A DNA stretch of 64,000 nt from the NCBI GenBank assembly GCA_963666215.2, contig CAXWPL010000005.1, positions 1,280,001 to 1,344,000 of the forward strand. Direction: 5' to 3'. Shown piece by piece: positions 59,279 through 64,000 of this stretch. Under the pieces are notes generated by a model. It ran no database searches, was not told where the DNA came from, and worked only from the letters and a program-made list of their open reading frames with translations. The DNA is from Acidobacteriota bacterium (GTDB lineage Bacteria; Acidobacteriota; UBA890; WLXD01). The position numbers and the translations under genes were made by a program. Every line of letters begins with the position of its first letter. Position 1 is the stretch's first letter.

Positions 59279-60100
59279 TCAGTCGCCTTCGGTCAGATCG
59301 GCGGCCTCGCCGCTTGCCCCTTCATCAAAGGTCGCCAATCGCAGATCGTCGAACCAGGTGACGCTGTCGGCTTTGGTCCACAGGCCCACGCGCCCCGGAT
59401 TCTGGAAAGTCTCGTCAGTCACCTGGAACAGCTCGCGACCGTCGAGAAAGGCAGTGAAGAGCTGCGCCTCTGCGCGCACGCCGAGCTTCGACCAGGACCG
59501 CAACGGCACGTCGACGTCTATGCCGTAGGAACGTCCCTTGCCGAGGAGAGGAAGATCTGTCCGCTCGCCGTTCTCCATCTTGTAGAGGACCACATTGTCT
59601 TCGAGAGCGTTCGCCCGCAGGACATAGTAGTTGTCGGGGTCCTGGTACCTCCATATCAAGCCGATGGCCTGGTCCTTTGTGCCCGAGACTGGATGGCCCA
59701 TCACCGACAGCTCCACATCGCGCGCCCGAGGCGCGTCGAGCACCAACAGCGGAAAGCGGTAGTTGGTGCGATCGACGTCGAGCTGCGCGACTGCGAGGTG
59801 GCCGGACGGAGCGCCGGCCTCGATCACCTCCCACCGGCCCTCGGCACCGCGACCTGAGTGGGCCGCTGAGAAGCCGTGGGGAAGCATGCCGACCGTGTCT
59901 CCCTCGAAGTCGTACAGATGTGAAGACGGCACGCCGTCCAGGCGAGCCTGCTCGCCTGCGGCGGCTGGCGGTGTGGCAGGGGCGGACCTCGCATCAGGTC
60001 GCGCACTCGCCGCCGCCGGGTCATCGCTGCCCCCGGATTCACTGCAGGCGACAGCCCAGAGAAGCAATAGGACGGTCGGACCGAGCGTTCTGTGTTTCAT
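59279..60100 (-). CDS. Lipoprotein with a LamG/DUF1080-like beta-sandwich
   Basis: Lipobox AVAC; GLIWRYQD.DNYY.LRANALEDNV, GRVGLWTKADSVT.FDDL. Confidence 0.75.
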   Translation of the reverse strand: MKHRTLGPTVLLLLWAVACSESGGSDDPAAASARPDARSAPATPPAAAGEQARLDGVPSSHLYDFEGDTVGMLPHGFSAAHSGRGAEGRWEVIEAGAPSGHLAVAQLDVDRTNYRFPLLVLDAPRARDVELSVMGHPVSGTKDQAIGLIWRYQDPDNYYVLRANALEDNVVLYKMENGERTDLPLLGKGRSYGIDVDVPLRSWSKLGVRAEAQLFTAFLDGRELFQVTDETFQNPGRVGLWTKADSVTWFDDLRLATFDEGASGEAADLTEGD

Positions 60101-60222
60101 GCAGGGCACCTTTCTAGCCAGCCACTCTACAACCGGGCTACTTGTAACACGATCGTTAAGAGAAAGTGAGCGCCTTTGGGTGTTAGTCTCCGCCGAATGC
60201 CAGCCGTGACGGGAGAGAGCTG

Positions 60223-61002
60223 ATGAGCCTGCGGGAGGGCGGTAGTCGAAATCGTGCTGCTATCGGCTCTGCGCTCCTCTGGTTTGCCATCGCTCAATTC
60301 GCCGGCGCTCCGGGAATCCTGGCTCAGGGCGGACCCCCCCTCCTCACCGACGATCCCGGGACCCCGGGCGATGGCAACTGGGAGCTCAACCTCGCCATCG
60401 AGTTTTCAGACGGGGACGGGGAGATCGTCTGGGCAGCGCCGGTCGTCGACCTCAACTATGGTGTGGGTGAGCGGGTGCAGCTCAAGTTCGAGGTGCCCTG
60501 GCTGTTGGTGGACGAGTCTGGTCGCACGCGGAGCGGTATCGGACCTTCGAACGTAGGCGTCAAATGGCGATTCTACGATAGCGGCGATACCGGCAGATCG
60601 ATTTCCATCTACCCACAGCTCGAGTTCGCGAGCCCCGGCTCTTCCGTCGAACGAGGGTTAGTGGAGGGGGACACAACCCTCTTCTTGCCGGTTGAGTTCG
60701 TGCAACCCCTGGGTCCGGTCTCGATGAACCTGGAGGTCGGGTACCTGGTGTCGGATCCAGGCGACGAGCTCGTCCTCGGCGTAGCGCTGGGACGAGAGCT
60801 AGGGGCTAAACTGGAGCTCCTCGCGGAGGTGTGGGGCTCCGAGCCGGTTTCCGGGGGAGAGGGCGTCTGGGTAGCCAACCTAGGGATACGCTACGACTTG
60901 AGAAGAGGGTTGGTACTCCTCGTGGCTGGGGGGCGTGGTGTTGCCGGAGCCCGTGTCGAGGCCGGCGGGTTAGGCTTCCTGGGACTTCAGTTAACCTTCT
61001 GA
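60223..61002 (+). CDS. Putative outer-membrane beta-barrel/transporter
   Basis: Signal peptide, GPPLLTDDPGTPG, alternating beta strands, C-terminal GLQLTF. Confidence 0.75.
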   Translation: MSLREGGSRNRAAIGSALLWFAIAQFAGAPGILAQGGPPLLTDDPGTPGDGNWELNLAIEFSDGDGEIVWAAPVVDLNYGVGERVQLKFEVPWLLVDESGRTRSGIGPSNVGVKWRFYDSGDTGRSISIYPQLEFASPGSSVERGLVEGDTTLFLPVEFVQPLGPVSMNLEVGYLVSDPGDELVLGVALGRELGAKLELLAEVWGSEPVSGGEGVWVANLGIRYDLRRGLVLLVAGGRGVAGARVEAGGLGFLGLQLTF

Positions 61003-61036
61003 GCGGCGGACAGCACGAACGAAAGGAGCGCACGCG

Positions 61037-62335
61037 ATGCGATGCTCATTCAGGCACCGGAGAAGAGCCGGCCTCGAGACCCGAGGGCGACGGGACAGCC
61101 TACGGCTCCGACCCCTTGCGAAGCTGGGGTACGCAGCCGTTCTCGCATTGATCGTTCTCCAAGTTCCGGCTGCCGGGCAGGTCGAGCCTCCTGCCGAAGA
61201 TACCGGCAAGGCTTTTGTCGGCTCGGAGGCCTGCGGGTCCTGTCACAGGAGCCTCTATAGCCGCTGGAAAAACACTCGGATGGCCAACATCCTGCAAGAC
61301 GTCAAGGAGCGCCCCGAGGCCATCAAAGGCGACTTTTTGACACCCCATGAGTTGGTGACCTTCAGTAAGGAAGACATCGTCTTCACCTACGGCAGCAAGT
61401 GGAAACAACGCTACTTCACCAAGATCGGCAGCGATTACTACGTCTTTCCCGCCCAGTGGGACGTGACCAACCGGGAGTGGCGTACCTACTACGTCAGAGA
61501 GGGCACCGACTGGTGGGTGGAGCACTACCCCGCGGATCAGATGCAAAGGCCTACCGGGCCTCTCTGTGATGGCTGTCATTCGACCAACTACGACATCGAG
61601 ACCAAAGAAGTCACCGAGTGGAATGTCGGCTGTGAGAAGTGCCACGGCGCTGGGAGCGCACACGCCGCCGATCCGCAGAGCGAGAACATCACCAATCCAG
61701 CCCGGCTCGACTACGTGCGAGCGGCCGACGTCTGCATTCAATGCCACTCTCAGGGGCAGCCCCTCACCAACCCGATCGCCGGCACGTACTATGACTGGCC
61801 GGTCGGATACGAGCCCGGCGATCGGCTCAGTGACTTCTGGAAGCTAGAGGAGCACCATCTCGGCGAGGAGTCGTTCACTCATTGGCCCGACGGATCCGCC
61901 CACAAGAATCGAATGCAGGGGAACGACTATGTCTCCAGCGTGATGTACACGCGAGGAGTGAAGTGCTCCGCCTGTCACGACGTACACGGAACCGAGCACG
62001 GCGCGGAGCTGACCAGACCCGACAATGCTCTGTGCCTGCAGTGTCATGGCCCTCGCTCCCCGAACGGTCCCGGCGGTACGCTCGAAGAGCACACCCATCA
62101 TGCTCCGGAAAGTGAAGGAAGCCAGTGCATCGCCTGTCATATGCCGAAGATCGCCAAAACGATCGGCGAGGTCAAGGTGCGCAGTCACACTTTCAAGTTC
62201 ATACCCCCATCGATGACGGAGCAGTACGGCATCCCGAGCCCGTGCACGTCCTGCCACACAGACCAGAGCTCGGAATGGGCCCGCGAGGAGCTCAAAGGCT
62301 GGCCGAGTACTTCGCCATGGCGAGTGGCCCAGTAG
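61037..62335 (+). CDS. Octaheme cytochrome c; start uncertain
   Basis: Eight CxxCH motifs: CGSCH, CDGCH, CEKCH, CIQCH, CSACH, CLQCH, CIACH, CTSCH. Confidence 0.93.
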   Translation: MRCSFRHRRRAGLETRGRRDSLRLRPLAKLGYAAVLALIVLQVPAAGQVEPPAEDTGKAFVGSEACGSCHRSLYSRWKNTRMANILQDVKERPEAIKGDFLTPHELVTFSKEDIVFTYGSKWKQRYFTKIGSDYYVFPAQWDVTNREWRTYYVREGTDWWVEHYPADQMQRPTGPLCDGCHSTNYDIETKEVTEWNVGCEKCHGAGSAHAADPQSENITNPARLDYVRAADVCIQCHSQGQPLTNPIAGTYYDWPVGYEPGDRLSDFWKLEEHHLGEESFTHWPDGSAHKNRMQGNDYVSSVMYTRGVKCSACHDVHGTEHGAELTRPDNALCLQCHGPRSPNGPGGTLEEHTHHAPESEGSQCIACHMPKIAKTIGEVKVRSHTFKFIPPSMTEQYGIPSPCTSCHTDQSSEWAREELKGWPSTSPWRVAQ

Positions 62336-62464
62336 AAGGAAAGCCAGACTTCCACGAGCCCGTTCGGCAAGTCAGAGCCCGGGAGCGGCCCGTCTAGCTA
62401 GTACCACCAGTGCCATCGGCTCTCCCGCGCGGAACAACGCGCCGGAGAGCCGACGAGACGCGAG

Positions 62465-63238
62465 CTACTTCCAGGTCACCTCCATGGCGAAGAAATGGTC
62501 GAAGACCTTTCGTGTGGGGTTGTTGCGGTCATCGGTCTCTGGACTGCGGATGAAAAAATCGAGCTGCTGCGTCGCTGGGTTCACAGCTCCCGCCTGCGAT
62601 TTCTTATTCAGAAGGGGGTAGTCGACCTTGAGGGTCTCCCGATCCCGCATGCCCTGCGTCACCATGAAGTGGATCTCATAGTTCTCGTAGAGCGCTTCGC
62701 CATCGAGAGTGGCTTTACCAAAGCCCCACCCCGCAATGTAGATCACGGTCTTTGGCCAGTTCGTATCCCCGCATCCTGAGTCACCATGCTCGTAGATGAA
62801 CGCGGCTACACCTCCGTTCTGGCAGGGATTGGACTCGTGAAAGCGCTCGAGCTCAATGACGAGCTGTCCCTCTGGTAGCCCGAGCCTGGCCACGAAGGTG
62901 CCCGTGTTCTCCCGTTCATTGACATCGATCTCTACCGTTCCTTCAACCTTCCGTACGGCAGAGGCGTCGTTACCCAGGTGGTTCCACCCAGGGGAGTCCG
63001 AGAGGGTTCCCACCTGGTAGACACCTCCTGCAGAGAGCACGAAGTGGCCATCGTACAGATCGTGCTGCTCAGGCGTGTAGAGAGTCATCTCTGTCCCGGG
63101 CTGTTGCCGGAGGCTCGTCGGTTGAGCGTCGGTGCTGCTGTCCTCTTGAGCTCCGCTACCACTGGTTGCAGTTCCGTTGGTGCAGGACACGAGCAAGAGA
63201 ACCAGCGCTGTACAAGAGAAGATTCTGATCGCAGTCAT
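62465..63238 (-). CDS. Hypothetical lipoprotein
   Basis: Lipobox LVSC; GAGGAGG RBS; no family recognised. Confidence 0.75.
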   Translation of the reverse strand: MTAIRIFSCTALVLLLVSCTNGTATSGSGAQEDSSTDAQPTSLRQQPGTEMTLYTPEQHDLYDGHFVLSAGGVYQVGTLSDSPGWNHLGNDASAVRKVEGTVEIDVNERENTGTFVARLGLPEGQLVIELERFHESNPCQNGGVAAFIYEHGDSGCGDTNWPKTVIYIAGWGFGKATLDGEALYENYEIHFMVTQGMRDRETLKVDYPLLNKKSQAGAVNPATQQLDFFIRSPETDDRNNPTRKVFDHFFAMEVTWK

Positions 63239-63259
63239 ACTTCTAACCCTCCTCACTTT

Positions 63260-63991
63260 CTAGTTCGTCGGACCGGTTTCTAATGCGAATTCAAATGCTA
63301 CCGTCTCAGTTCTGCCGGCGACAACCTTCACGTTCAGCTCCTGCGTGCCGAGCCTCTCGTGCCATGCTTCCAGGGTGTAGTCACCTGGCGGAATGCCCTC
63401 GATCCTAAAGCTGCCTTCCGCATCACTCACGGCGTGGAAGGGGTGCGGGTCAACACGAACGAAGGCCTGCATCCAACCGTGAATGTCGCACTTGACGATG
63501 ATCATCCCGGGCTTGTCCAATACCTCGTAGGCACGGCTGCCTTGAAACGGCAGAGCGATGTTGGATTCGATTGGCCCGTAGAGGTGAGTGGTGTGCAGGA
63601 CGCTATCGCTGTTGAGCGCCTCGAGAGTGCTCCCCACGGTAAGCACCGCGGCGTGAGGGGAGAAGCGGCACTCGACATTATCCATCACGAGCCGCTCTGG
63701 CTCGAGCTCCGGGATCTTGTCAGGGGTGACTCCGCTGATGGAGAGAATGACGTTCTGGATGCCACGAGTCCGAGCGGAGGCCAACAAGTCTTCCAGCGAA
63801 TGCTCGCAACCGCACTCCTCAGGGTCAGTGGTGTTCTCGACCACCGTAGCGGTCGGTACTCCCTCTCCGAGTAGCCGAATGTGTCCAGCGAGAGATCCCA
63901 AAGAAGTCGAGCTCGTTTCTTGAGCTCCGTTGGTGCAAGACACGAGCAAAAGGACTAGTGCTGTACAAAAGGAAACTCGGATCGCGGTCAT
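63260..63991 (-). CDS. Lipoprotein with cupredoxin-like and carboxypeptidase-regulatory-like domains
   Basis: Lipobox LVSC; C.F.PH, NSD..LH, KCDIHGWM, F.IEGIPPG.YTLEAWHERLG. Confidence 0.8.
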   Translation of the reverse strand: MTAIRVSFCTALVLLLVSCTNGAQETSSTSLGSLAGHIRLLGEGVPTATVVENTTDPEECGCEHSLEDLLASARTRGIQNVILSISGVTPDKIPELEPERLVMDNVECRFSPHAAVLTVGSTLEALNSDSVLHTTHLYGPIESNIALPFQGSRAYEVLDKPGMIIVKCDIHGWMQAFVRVDPHPFHAVSDAEGSFRIEGIPPGDYTLEAWHERLGTQELNVKVVAGRTETVAFEFALETGPTN

Positions 63992-64000
63992 GACTCGGGC

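Overview
GC-rich bacterial DNA whose gene content suggests Acidobacteriota (inference from the kinase/TolB-propeller fusion, the DUF1592/DUF1552/ankyrin operon and a GTTC-N7-GTTC LexA-type box). A ~14.7 kb intact housekeeping block (Na+/solute symporter, dnaB, alr, GT-C-like membrane protein, sufT, a divergent class III cyclase-like protein, pepA, oppD/F-like ATPases, TolC) sits between two outward-facing tRNA-Leu genes (TAA on -, CAA on +). Each tRNA is followed by a related tyrosine-integrase element with a related excisionase-like gene. The left element is satellite-like (int, xis, primase, DUF3987 helicase, perfect 25-bp inverted repeat) and is interrupted by an IS3 and by an IS1595 that carries a Panacea/RelE-like toxin-antitoxin pair behind a LexA-type box. 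The right side holds a compact hicB-int element, a Replic_Relax/Gp88 module ending at a tRNA-Phe att fragment, and a DUF1592 operon. It continues into a dense IS graveyard: IS481-like, two IS5, an IS1111-type IS110 with a candidate bridge-RNA region and a nested IS21, IS91 and IS3 remnants, a large serine recombinase and two IS6. It ends with a metal-uptake/redox cluster (Fe3+-type ABC transporter, beta-barrel, octaheme cytochrome, two lipoproteins with duplicated leaders). Family names come from motif recognition only; no database searches were run.
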